Of a DNA stretch of 64,000 nucleotides, positions 11,310-21,329 are shown piece after piece; position 1 is the stretch's first letter; each line of letters opens with the position of its first letter. The DNA is from Thermoanaerobaculia bacterium. GTDB taxonomy: Bacteria; Acidobacteriota; Thermoanaerobaculia; UBA5066. The position numbers were made by a program, and so were the translations under genes. The stretch covers positions 512,001-576,000 of the forward strand of contig CAVRAY010000002.1 of assembly GCA_963719225.1 (NCBI GenBank), read 5' to 3'. The notes under the pieces were generated by a model. The model searched no databases. It saw nothing but the letters and a program-made list of their open reading frames with translations, and was not told the DNA's origin.

Positions 11310-11680
11310 GCGAGAGCAAGGAAGCCAGGAGGTCCGCCCGGCTCGAGAAAGCCGGCTGGAAGACGTCTACGGTCCAGGAGTTTCTCGGGCTCTCGGACGA
11401 AGACATGGCGGTCATCGAAGTGAAGCTGGCGCTCGCGAAGCGGCTCCGTACGCAGAGGGCGCGCGCGGGCCTGAGCCAGGTCGAGGTGGCGAAGATCGTC
11501 CGGTCCAGCCAACCGCGAGTCGCGAAGATGGAAGCGGCCGATAAGACCGTTTCGATCGATCTTCTGGTGAAGGCGCTTGTGAAGACCGGGGTCTCAGTTC
11601 AGGATATCGGCAGATCGCTCGAGAAGATCACGAACGCGAAGGTGAAACCGAGACGCGGGCAACGTCTGGCCCACGCCTGA
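11306..11680 (+). CDS. XRE/HTH antitoxin
   Basis: LSQVEVAKIVRSSQPRVAKME HTH; paralog of 35530-35841. Confidence 0.88.
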   Translation: MSESKEARRSARLEKAGWKTSTVQEFLGLSDEDMAVIEVKLALAKRLRTQRARAGLSQVEVAKIVRSSQPRVAKMEAADKTVSIDLLVKALVKTGVSVQDIGRSLEKITNAKVKPRRGQRLAHA

Positions 11681-11744
11681 AGGCCGGAATCGTTTGGCTA
11701 CGTCGACACCGACTCAAGCTCGTTGAGCCTGGGCGGCCCTCCGG

Positions 11745-12207
11745 TTACGGCTCTTCCAACAGCTTTCGCAGTAAATCCGGCCGAGCGCGGAAACTCGTCT
11801 TCTGAAGATCCGCGACCACCTTAGGAAGGTCGACAAGCTTGCGGCGGCCCGCGTCAACAAGAACGCCAAGTGTGCCGCTCAAGTGAAGCCCGCGAAGCGA
11901 CGCGACCGCCGGGAGCGAGGAGAAGGACATCTGGGTTCAACCGCTCGGCAAGAAGGATCGCGGAGCGCTCGCCTACGTGGAGACGAGCAAGCTCGGGCGG
12001 AGCGTTCGTGTCGTCCACCTCCGCCACCGTCAGCCAGTCAGGAGGCGTCGACATCCACCTCCGTATGGCCTCCGGGGCGCGCTTGTCGAGGAGTTCGTCT
12101 CGAACTTGCTCCGGAATCGAGATAGACGAGAACGTCTTTGGCAGAAGCTCGGACTGCCCTATCAGAATCAGGTATCCGAGCGGAGATGTATCCGAGACGG
12201 CCTTCAC
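11745..12207 (-). pseudogene. DUF3368 PIN-domain toxin, frameshifted
   Basis: VSDTSPL..L, LHVGERSAI, then GTLGVLVDA in another frame; the expected acidic LIDE motif is missing at the junction. Confidence 0.75.
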
Positions 12208-12470
12208 GAGGCCCGAAGGCGTCGAAGCACTTCAAGATCTCGGGTCAAATCTTCCTGGGTATAGTCGAGATGGACCATCGACCGCTTCAAGAAGGCTTCC
12301 GTGTCCCAGCGTGTCGACAGCCGCAGCAGTTCCTGAACCTCTGCCGCGGTGAGAGCACCGCCGCGGTAGGCCTCCACGGCAACGGCCTCGAGGGCCTTTC
12401 GAGGGACGTCGCCCCACTGCGCGCGAAGGCGCTGAACGAGGTCATCCGGGATGTCTATGGCGACTGTCAC
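12204..12470 (-). CDS. UPF0175 family antitoxin
   Basis: AVEAYRGGALT..LSTRWDTEAFLK..YTQEDLTRD; coupled to the PIN gene. Confidence 0.8.
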   Translation of the reverse strand: MTVAIDIPDDLVQRLRAQWGDVPRKALEAVAVEAYRGGALTAAEVQELLRLSTRWDTEAFLKRSMVHLDYTQEDLTRDLEVLRRLRAS

Positions 12471-12670
12471 GCGTGCGATTCTCCCTGCGGCTCTTCTCGA
12501 ATCCGCCGGAATGAGTTTACAGGAAGGGTGATCCGCCGGCCGGGGCCGGACGGCAGACCATGAGCAAGTCCGGTAGCCCGCCTCGACCTCGGTGGCTGCT
12601 TGTCAGCTGCCCCCCTGTCCCAGACACTCCCCGACACATCTCAGACACATCCGCTCCTCGAACCCTCCCC

Positions 12671-12781
12671 GGACATCGCCTGTCCCAGCGCCTTCTCAAC
12701 CTTTGCATTCGGCGCTTTCCGCCACTTTTCGACTGATGCATTTGCATTTTTCCCGACACTTCCCGGACACGCCGTGTCCGG
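12671..12781. promoter_or_regulatory. Two GGACA-N5-TGTCC inverted repeats, candidate WYL operators
   Basis: GGACATCGCCTGTCC at 12671-12685 and CCGGACACGCCGTGTCCGG at 12763-12781, upstream of the WYL gene. Confidence 0.55.
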
Positions 12782-12832
12782 ATGCCCCGCCAAACGCGGT
12801 GGACGCGGAATTGCAAGGCTCCCGACCCGCCC

Positions 12833-13873
12833 ATGCCCTTCAACGACCGGCCCTACTTCCGTAGGCTCCTGGACTTCGACGACCTCGTGCGCCGCGGGCG
12901 CCCCGTCACGTGCGAGTCCCTCGCCGGGCGCTGGGAGACGTCCACGAAGACCGTCCAGCGCTTCGTCGACCAGATCCGCGCCGACTTCGACGCCCCCGTC
13001 GTCTTCGACCGCAGGAAGCGCTCCTTCCGCTACGAGGACCCCGGCTGGCGCTTCCCGTTCCTCGACGTCTCCGGCGCCGACCTCTTCGCCATCGGCGTCG
13101 CCATGAAGGTCTTCCAGATCTACGACGGCACGCCCGTCCTCAAGGACCTCAGGGCCACCTTCGACCGCATCGCGCGCCTCCTGCCGGAATCGGTCCGCGT
13201 CCAGCCGTCGTCTCTCGTGGAAAAGCTCTGGGTCCACCCGCAGCCCGTGCGCGCCATCGCGCGCGACGTGTGGGCCGCCACCGCCAACGCCCTGCGCGAG
13301 AAGACCCAGCTCGAGATCGACTACCGAAAGCCCACGGGCCTCTCCTCGCGCCGCCTCGTCGAGCCGCTCGTCCTCGCCCACATGAACTGGGACTGGTTCC
13401 TCGCCGCGCGCGACCCCGAGGACGGCGTCATCAAGACCTTCTACCTGTCGCGTGTCCAAGGAGCCAAGAACACGAACTTCCACTTCACCCCGCCGAAGGA
13501 CTTCGACGCCGCCACGCACTTCGGCGACTCCATCGGCCTCTACGTCGGCGGCAAGCCCTTCCGCTTCAAGGTGCGCGTCGCGAAGGAGATCGCCCCCTGG
13601 ATCACCGAGGTGCGCTGGCACCCCGCGCAGAAGCTCGAGACCCTGAAGAACGGCGACGTCGTCCTCGACCTCCCGGCCGGCTCCCTCATCGAAGCCAAGC
13701 GCTTCGTCCTGTCGCTGGGGAGGTTCGGGAAGGCGCTGGGGCCGAAGGAGCTGGTGGAGGAGATGAGGAACGAGGTGGAGGAACTGGACCGGATCTATCT
13801 CCAGAGGTTAACCAGGACAAATACACGCCGACAGGCTGGAACTAGCCAGACATCGGCGGAGCAACCATGTTGA
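12833..13873 (+). CDS. WYL-domain transcriptional regulator (HTH-WYL-WCX)
   Basis: HTH LAGRWETSTKTVQR; WYL region RRLVEPLVL..WDWFLAARD..KTFYLSRV; WCX region VLSLG..ALGPKELVEEM. Confidence 0.9.
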   Translation: MPFNDRPYFRRLLDFDDLVRRGRPVTCESLAGRWETSTKTVQRFVDQIRADFDAPVVFDRRKRSFRYEDPGWRFPFLDVSGADLFAIGVAMKVFQIYDGTPVLKDLRATFDRIARLLPESVRVQPSSLVEKLWVHPQPVRAIARDVWAATANALREKTQLEIDYRKPTGLSSRRLVEPLVLAHMNWDWFLAARDPEDGVIKTFYLSRVQGAKNTNFHFTPPKDFDAATHFGDSIGLYVGGKPFRFKVRVAKEIAPWITEVRWHPAQKLETLKNGDVVLDLPAGSLIEAKRFVLSLGRFGKALGPKELVEEMRNEVEELDRIYLQRLTRTNTRRQAGTSQTSAEQPC

Positions 13874-13993
13874 GCTTTTCGGCAGAGATGAGCCGGTGGC
13901 CGCGTCAATGCAGCCTGGGGCTTCATCTCGAAAGAGCCGGCCAAACGTTGACCGGCATTTGCAGTCTTGCCTTCCCTAAAGAAAGGTCGCTTC

Positions 13994-14653
13994 ATGAAAC
14001 GCCCGTCGTTACTCGCCGCCCTCCTTCTTGCAGTCCCGTTTACGGGCTGCGCCTTTGGTAACCGCGACCTCAATCTAACGTATCCCCCGAATACGAAGGG
14101 CGCGTCCGCACAGCGCGCCTCTGCGGAGCCGCTTCCTACGGTAATGCTCATCGACTTCCTAGATCAACGTACCGAGAAGGCCGCGGTGGGAGCCATTCAC
14201 AACGGGTTTGGAGCCCATACCGCGGACGCAATTACTAAGAGTAACGTTGCTGATTGGGTAGTGAACGCGGTAACGCTCGAGCTTCAGGGTGCTGGCTTCA
14301 AGGTCGTTCGAGCACACTCTGTACCGAAGTACTCAGAGAACTCCGTAATTACTGGAGAGGTCCTTACCGTCTATTGCAATATGTATTCCAAGTACGAGGG
14401 CAACGTGTCCTTCTCTATTAGTGTTAGATACCAGGGGCGAGAGCTACTCCACAAGACGTATGACGGAAAAATCACTTACAAAAGCCATAGCACTAAATTC
14501 GGCCCGCAATTTGCCGAGGCTCTAAGCCAATCGCTAGAGGGTGCCGCTAAGGCGTTTACCGCGGAGCTTAGTCGAGATCTGCCGGCGGCGACGATAAACC
14601 CAGACCTTACGTCTACCCCGAGTACCAGCTTTGTCCCTTTGGGGGGTAAGTAG
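13994..14653 (+). CDS. Lipoprotein (YajG-like), lower GC than backbone
   Basis: Lipobox FTGC after a hydrophobic stretch; FLDQR motif; AT-richer codon usage. Confidence 0.65.
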   Translation: MKRPSLLAALLLAVPFTGCAFGNRDLNLTYPPNTKGASAQRASAEPLPTVMLIDFLDQRTEKAAVGAIHNGFGAHTADAITKSNVADWVVNAVTLELQGAGFKVVRAHSVPKYSENSVITGEVLTVYCNMYSKYEGNVSFSISVRYQGRELLHKTYDGKITYKSHSTKFGPQFAEALSQSLEGAAKAFTAELSRDLPAATINPDLTSTPSTSFVPLGGK

Positions 14654-14669
14654 AGGTTCTCTAACTGTT

Positions 14670-14720
14670 CGCGCCGCGCAGTCTTGTGTTGGCGGGGATG
14701 CCGCCTCCAGCCGCGGCGCG
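14670..14720. other. Palindromic hairpin (REP- or terminator-like)
   Basis: CGCGCCGCG...GGCGG-ggatg-CCGCC...CGCGGCGCG nested stems. Confidence 0.4.
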
Positions 14721-14739
14721 ACCACCGTTCCTGAAGGCT

Positions 14740-14838
14740 CTGTCGCTCGGTAGGTTCGGGAAGGCGTTGGGGCCGAAGGAGTTGGTGGAGGAGATGAGGG
14801 AGGAGATCAGCCAGATGAGGAAGGACGGCGGGGCATGA
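14740..14838 (+). repeat. Duplicate of the WYL gene 3' end (alternative C-terminus)
   Basis: 14740-14799 matches 13709-13768 at 56/60 nt, all four differences synonymous; reads LSLGRFGKALGPKELVEEMREEISQMRKDGGA*. Confidence 0.9.
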
Positions 14839-15540
14839 AGCGGACGCCCAGGATTTATCTCGTAATGAGCAAGAGGGCGCGCCTCGCCTACGTAGGAAAG
14901 GGTGCGGACGGTCGAATCGATCATGAACACAGCGCGCCTTTCCAGCACGTCGTGCGACAGCGTGATGCGACGCAGTGGGAGTCCGCGCCGTTTTCCTCGG
15001 AGAAGGACGCTCTTATCGCTGAGGCGGCTGCGATTCGGATCCTCGGATGCGTCGGAACCAAAACGCGGCTACTCAATGTTCAGAAGTCTCATGAAAAGCG
15101 GTTCTTTCCGAGATACCCCATACCGTTTGTAGACGGCCGAGTCACGAAGGCCGCCCTTCCTCGAGAGATCGTCGTGACGCTTTGCCCCGACGTTCTCGAG
15201 GACGATCATCGCGCGGCACCCAATTCGCCGTGGAAGCCTGAGGAACTGGCCGAGCGCGCGAGAAAATTCTGGCGATTTCGGCCTTCGCGGGTGAAGGGAT
15301 GGGTCACGGGAAAGGGCGCCCCCAATGTCCTCATTGCGGTGGCAAAGGCGAGCGCAAGGATTCTCGGTGCTTTCGAAATCGATAACACCGGCTGGCTCTC
15401 GGATCCGGAGAATCGGAAGGTATTCCGAGCGATCCCGGCTGAAGAACCGCAACAAGCCGAACTTCAACGGTGTGCAGGGAATGGAATACATCGGAAATCG
15501 GCGAGGCGGAGCTGTGACATACGGCGTTGAAGTAGCGTGA
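14835..15540 (+). CDS. Putative GIY-YIG-like nuclease (frameshift near C-terminus)
   Basis: RIYLV...AYVGKG..RIDHEH...AEAAAI...LLNV resembles the GIY-YIG core. Confidence 0.5.
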
Positions 15541-15621
15541 CTTCGGTGATCGAAGCCAAGCGGGGCGGCATGAGGCCGGTTCCTTTGACCGCGCCCTCGT
15601 TCCGGCCTACGATTCGAGGTC

Positions 15622-15828
15622 ATGAGCGAAGTGATCTTCCTCGTGGAGGACGCGCTGGAAGGCGGCTACACGGCCAAGGCCGTGGGGGCGGCGATCTTCA
15701 CGCAGGCGAAAGACCTCGATGAGCTCCAGGAGCGCGTGCGCGACGCGGTTCGTTGCCATTTCGATGATGGCTCAGCTCCGAAGCTCATTCGGTTGCACTT
15801 CGTCAAAGACGTCGTCATCGCCGCATGA
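15622..15828 (+). CDS. HicB-like antitoxin
   Basis: IFLVEDALEGGYTAKA..IFTQA..VRDAVRCHF. Confidence 0.75.
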   Translation: MSEVIFLVEDALEGGYTAKAVGAAIFTQAKDLDELQERVRDAVRCHFDDGSAPKLIRLHFVKDVVIAA

Positions 15829-15875
15829 GGCTGCCGCGGGACTGTCTGGTCTCGATCTGGCGACGAGGCTCTTCT
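15825..15875 (+). pseudogene. HicA toxin N-terminal remnant
   Basis: ATGA-coupled MRLPRD/LSGLDLATRL, then the sequence breaks off. Confidence 0.5.
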
Positions 15876-15911
15876 CCTAGCGGACGTTGACTTGGTCGAG
15901 GGGCACCGCTA

Positions 15912-18900
15912 ATGCACCTCTCCTCCGGCCGCCTCACCCTCGCCGCCACCGACCTCGGTCGCTTCCTCGCGTGCCGGCATTCCACCGGCCTCGACATCGA
16001 GGTCGCGTTCGGCAGGCGCGCGAAGCCGCCGAAGTACCCGGACCCTTTCCTCGACCTCCTCATCCAGCGCGGTCTCGCCCACGAGAAGGACTACACGGGA
16101 AAGATCGAGAAGGGCGGCTCGCGCGTCCTCGACCTCACCGGTCCCAGGGCGCCGACGCCGTCGCCGCACCATCGAAGCCATGAAGGCGGGGAAGCCCGCC
16201 ATCGCACAGGGCGCGCTCGCGGCCGACGGCTGGTTCGGCCGGCCCGACTTCCTCCAGAAGGTCGGAGAAGCCGAGCGCCCTCGGCGCGTGGTCGTACGAG
16301 GCCTCGGACACGAAGCTCTCGCGCGAGACCCGCGGCTCGACCATCCTCCAGCTCTCCTTCTACTCCGAGCTCCTCGGCGCCGTGCAAGGCATCCAGCCCG
16401 AGTTCTTCCACGTCGTCACCCGCTTCGAGCGGAGCACTACCGCGTCGCCGACTTCGCCGCCTACTACCGCCTCGTCAAGCGGCGCCTCGAGGAAGCGGCC
16501 GCAGGCGACACCACGGCCCTCCTCTCCTCCAACTACCCCGAGCCCGTCGACTACTGCGACGTCTGCCGCTGGGGCCAGCAGTGCGACGAGCGCCGGCACG
16601 CCGACGACCACCTCTCCCTCGTCGCCGGCATCACGCGCCTCAACCGGCGCGAGTTCGAGGCGAACGACGTCAAGACGCTCGAGCGCCTCGGCGACCTCGT
16701 CCTCCCCATCCCCTTCAAGCCGGCCAAGTGCTCGAAGGAGTCGCTCGAGAAGGCGCAGGGCCAGGCCCGCATCCAGCTCGCGGGGCGCCGCGCCCATGCG
16801 CCCATCCACGAGCTGCTGCCCATCGAGGACGGCCGCGGCCTCGCTCTCCTGCCCGAGCCCTCGCCCGGCGACGTCTTCCTCGACCTCGAAGGCGACCATT
16901 TCGCCGCCGAAGGCCCGCGCGAGTACCTCTTCGGCATGACCGTCCTGGCCCGAAGGGCGAGACATCCCACCTCAGCCTCTGGGCCCACACCGACGCCGAA
17001 GAGAAAGCCGTCTTCGAGACGATCCTCGACCGCATCGGCGAGCTCTGGAAAGCCAACCCAGGGCTCCACGTCTACCACTACGCGCCCTACGAGCCCACCG
17101 CGTTCAAGAGGCTCATGGGCCGGCACGCCACGCGCGCCCGCGAGCTCGACCGCATGCTGCGCGCCGAGCTGTTCGTCGACCTCCTGGCCGTCGTCAAGCA
17201 GGGCCTGAGGGCCAGCGTCGAGTCCTACTCCATCAAGAAGCTCGAGGAGTTCTACGGCTTCACGCGCAAGGCCGACCTGCGCGACGCGGGCGCCGCCCGC
17301 CGGGCCGTCGAGTTCTCTCTCCAGACGGGCGACCTCACCGTCCTCACCCCCGAGGTCAAACGCCTCGTCGCCCTCTACAACGAGGAAGACTGCGTCTCGG
17401 CCCTGCGCCTGCGCGACTGGCTCGAAACCCTGCGGCCCGACATCCCCCGGCCGCCGCGCAAGGACGGCGACGAGAGCGAGCAGCAGGAGCAGCGCAGCAA
17501 GGACGTCCAGGACGCGATGGACGCGCTCCTGAAGGGCGTGCCCGACGAGAAGACCGAGCGCACGAGCGAGCAGCACGCCCGCTGGCTCCTCGCCCACATG
17601 CTCGAGTTCCACCGCCGCGAAGACAAGGTCACGTGGTGGGAGTTCTACCGGCTGCGCGACCTCACCGACGAAGACGACCTCCTCGACGAGCGCAAGGTGA
17701 TCGCGGGAATGAGATTCCTGAAGAGGGTCGGAGGGACGAAGAAGTGCCCGATCGACCGATACACGTTTCCTTCGCAGGACATCGACGCCCGCGAAGACGA
17801 CACGCTGAAGACCAGCGACGAAGGAACCCTCGGGCACATCGAAGCCATCGACCGCGACAAGCGCACCGTCGACATCAAGAAAACGCAGAAGAAGGCCGAC
17901 GAGCACCCTTCGTGGGCATTCGTCCATTCCTACATCTCCTCGAAGGAAATCGTCGCCTCCCTCATGAGCCTCGCCGCCGACATCGCGAAGAACGGCTTCA
18001 CCCCGAAGTCCGCCGCCCGCGACCTCCTCCTCGGCAATCCCCCGCGCCTGAAGAAGGGCGCGTTCGGGCCGACGAAGGGCGAAGATCCGGTCGAATTCGC
18101 GAAGCGCACCGTCCTCTCCCTCGACCGCTCGCTCCTCGCCATCCAGGGCCCGCCCGGAGCGGGGAAGACCTACACCGGCGCGCGGATGATCGTCGCCTGC
18201 GTCGACGCGGGCCTCAAGGTCGGCATCACCGCCGTCAGCCACAAGGTCATCCGCAACCTCCTCGACGCCGTCCTCGAAGCCGCCCGCGAGATGAAGGTCT
18301 CCGTCCCGTGCGTCCAGAAGATCAAGACGGGCGCCGAGAAGTCCGACCCGCCCATCCCCGGCATCGTCGAAGTCACCGACAACGCCGGCGTCCTCGCCGC
18401 GCTCGACGACGGCTCCGCTCAGGTCGGCGCCGGCACGGCGTGGATGTGGTCGCGCGACGAGTACGCCGGCGCCGTCGACGTCCTCTTCGTGGACGAGGCC
18501 GGCCAGGCCTCCCTCGCCAACGTCCTCGCCATGGCCCAGGCCGCGAAAAGCGTCGTCCTCCTCGGCGACCCGCAGCAGCTCGAGCAGCCGCAGCGCGGCA
18601 CGCACCCCGAAGGCGTCGACGCCTCGGCCCTCGAGCACCTCCTCGCCGGCAGCAAGACCATGCCGAACGACCGCGGCATCTTCCTCGACAAGACGTGGCG
18701 CCTCCCGCCCGCCATCTGCGCCTTCACGTCCGAGCTGTTCTACGAAGGCCGCCTCGAATCGCGCCCCGAGCAGGAGAAGCAGAAGCTCTCCGGCGCGCCG
18801 CCCTACGAGGGCGCGGGGCTGTGGTTCGTGCCCGTCGAGCACGACGGCAACACGAACTCCTCCGCCGAGGAAGTGAAAGCCGTCGAGGCCATCGTCGAGA

Positions 18901-19302
18901 CGCTCCTGAAGAAGGGCAGCCGCTGGACGAACCAGAAGGGCGAGACGAAACAGGTCACGCCCGACGACATCCTCGTCGTCGCCCCCTTCAACGCGCAGGT
19001 CAACCGCCTGCAGGACGCGCTCGAACTCGAAGGGCATCCGCGTCGGCACGGTGGACAGGTTCCAGGGGCAGGAAGGCGCCATCGTCATCTACTCGATGGC
19101 CACTTCACGGCCCGAAGACGCGCCGCGAGGGATGGAATTCCTCTACGATCTCAACCGCTTGAACGTCGCGACGTCGAGGGCCCGCTGTGCGTGCATTCTC
19201 GTGGCGTCGCCGCGCCTGCTCGAGCCTGACTGCAAGACGCCGAGGCAGATGCGGCTGGCGAATGCGATGTGCAGCTTTACCGAACGGAAGCGGGCTAGGT
19301 GA
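15912..19302 (+). CDS. TM0106-family RecB-like nuclease / RNase H-like / SF1 helicase (frameshifted)
   Basis: GRPDFL, DTKL, FLDLEG, YHYAPYE, SYSIKKLE, YNEEDC, QGPPGAGKT, DEAGQ, GDPQQL, TVDRFQGQE and NRLNVATSRA across frames. Confidence 0.88.
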
Positions 19303-20886
19303 CAGCGATGAAGGCTGCTCACACCGGAGAGAAGGGTCGAATACCAGTCGTGGATCTATTTGCGGGCCCCGGGGGCTTGGCCGAAGGATTCTCCGCTTTC
19401 AGTGGTTCCACCGCTGGCCATCCATTTCGCGTAGCGCTTTCAATAGAAAAGAACGCGGATGCTCACGCGACGCTCGAGCTAAGGAGTTTCTTCCGGTCGT
19501 TTTCGAAGGGAGATGTCCCTGAGGCGTATTTCCAAGTTCTAAGGGGTGAGCTCGGAACGGAGCAACTCTACTCTGAGTTTCCACGGGAGGCGGCAAAGGC
19601 GAGGGCTGAGGCGTGGAAAGCGGAGCTTGGTGTGGAGAGTCGGCATGAACTCGGACGGCAGATCTCGGCAGCCGTTTCGGGGAATGAGCCGTGGGTGCTC
19701 GTCGGTGGGCCCCCCTGTCAGGCCTACTCCTTGGTCGGCAGATCCAGAAACCGCGGCACGAGGGGCTACGTCCCAGAACTCGACAAGCGACAAACACTCT
19801 ACGTGGAGTACCTGCAGGTTCTGGCAGATCACGCGCCCTCGGTCTTCGTGATGGAAAATGTTAAGGGCCTCTTGTCGGCACATCTTGAAGGCAATGCTCT
19901 TTTTGAAAGGATACGGGAAGATCTTGCTGCGCCTACCAAGGCATTGCGGCGCGAACGCCGGCCGACTTCTCGGCGGTCTGTGCGATATACCCTTTACGCC
20001 TTTTCTAGCTCTGGCTTGCCGGTCGGAACTCTTTAGGCGGGCTAGCGACTTCATTGTCCGATCGGAACACTTCGGAATACCGCAAGCCCGCCACAGGGTA
20101 ATCATCCTGGGCGTCCGGGATGACCTGCGAGATCCCTTTGCCAGCGGCACTCGTGCAAGTTGAATCAATACCTGTTTCGCGTGTTCTCTCTGGGCTTCCT
20201 AGGCTGCGAAGTCGCATTTCGGGTGGGACTGACACAGGAATGCGCTGGAAGGATTCGCTGAAGAGCGCGAAAACCGCTCGTTGGGTAGCGGAACTGAGGT
20301 CGAGCGGGGACCGCGATGTTGCTAAAAGAGTCCTGTCAGCGCTTGATACGTTAACGATTCCGTCGGCCGAGAATGGCGCGGAATTTTTGGCCTGGCCGGC
20401 GCCACATATTGCCTATGGCCAGATTGGTATCTCAGGATTCGCGCGTCCGAGGTATCGCGAACCACACAGCGCGTTCACACATGACGGGAGACCTATATCG
20501 CTATCTCTTCTGTGCGTGCTACGCGGAGGTTAGGGGCCATTCGCCCGGTCTCTCCGAGTTTCCCGCCAAGTCTGCTGCCCGCACACAAGAATGTGAAGCG
20601 GGCACTTGCAGGTAGTCTGTTTTCTGACCGCTTTCGGGTTCAGTCTGCTGGGCGCCCGGCGACGACCGTAACGAGCCACATAGCCAAGGATGGCCATTAC
20701 TTCATCCACTTCGATCCGACGCAATGTCGAAGTCTGACCGTGCGAGAAGCAGCCCGCCTGCAAACGTTCCCGGATAACTACTACTTCAGTGGAGGCAGGA
20801 CCTCCCAGTACGTTCAGGTCGGCAACGCCGTTCCGCCTCTTCTCGCCCGGTCCTTAGCCGAAATCGTCTATGGAATCCTCAGGTAA
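19299..20886 (+). CDS. dcm: DNA (cytosine-5) methyltransferase (frameshifted)
   Basis: [48 protein letters not shown]. Confidence 0.9.
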
Positions 20887-20892
20887 AGGCAG

Positions 20893-21318
20893 ATGGATTC
20901 GCTAAGCCCTGAACGCCGCAGCTGGAACATGTCGCGAATCCGGAGTCGCAACTCGGGCCCGGAGGTCGCGGTGCGGTCGGCTTTACATCGGCTGGGTTTT
21001 CGGTTTCGACTTATCTCTAGAAGACTCCCTGGCCGACCGGACGTCGTGCTTACGAGGCACCGTATCGCGGTCTTCGTGCACGGCTGCTTTTGGCATCGCC
21101 ATAAGGGTTGCCGCCTCGCGTATACGCCAGGCAGCAACAAGGCGTTCTGGGCAAAGAAGTTCCTCGAAAACGTGCGGCGGGATCGGGCGGTCCGCCAGCG
21201 GTTGGAGGCCTCGGGCTGGCACGTTCTCACAGTCTGGGAATGTGCCGTTCGGCGAACTTCTCCTGACTCCCTGCGAATCTACCTGGCCGGAAGGCTATTG
21301 AAACTGCGCATTCGCTGA
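20893..21318 (+). CDS. vsr: Very short patch repair endonuclease
   Basis: RSWNMSRIRS, LPGRPD, FVHGCFWH, VWEC. Confidence 0.93.
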   Translation: MDSLSPERRSWNMSRIRSRNSGPEVAVRSALHRLGFRFRLISRRLPGRPDVVLTRHRIAVFVHGCFWHRHKGCRLAYTPGSNKAFWAKKFLENVRRDRAVRQRLEASGWHVLTVWECAVRRTSPDSLRIYLAGRLLKLRIR

Positions 21319-21329
21319 AAGAGAGCCAC

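Noticed and set aside
12600-12770. Short GACAC-rich direct repeats as a mini-CRISPR or iterons
   Set aside because: Irregular spacing and under 10 bp; better explained as operator half-sites or low complexity.
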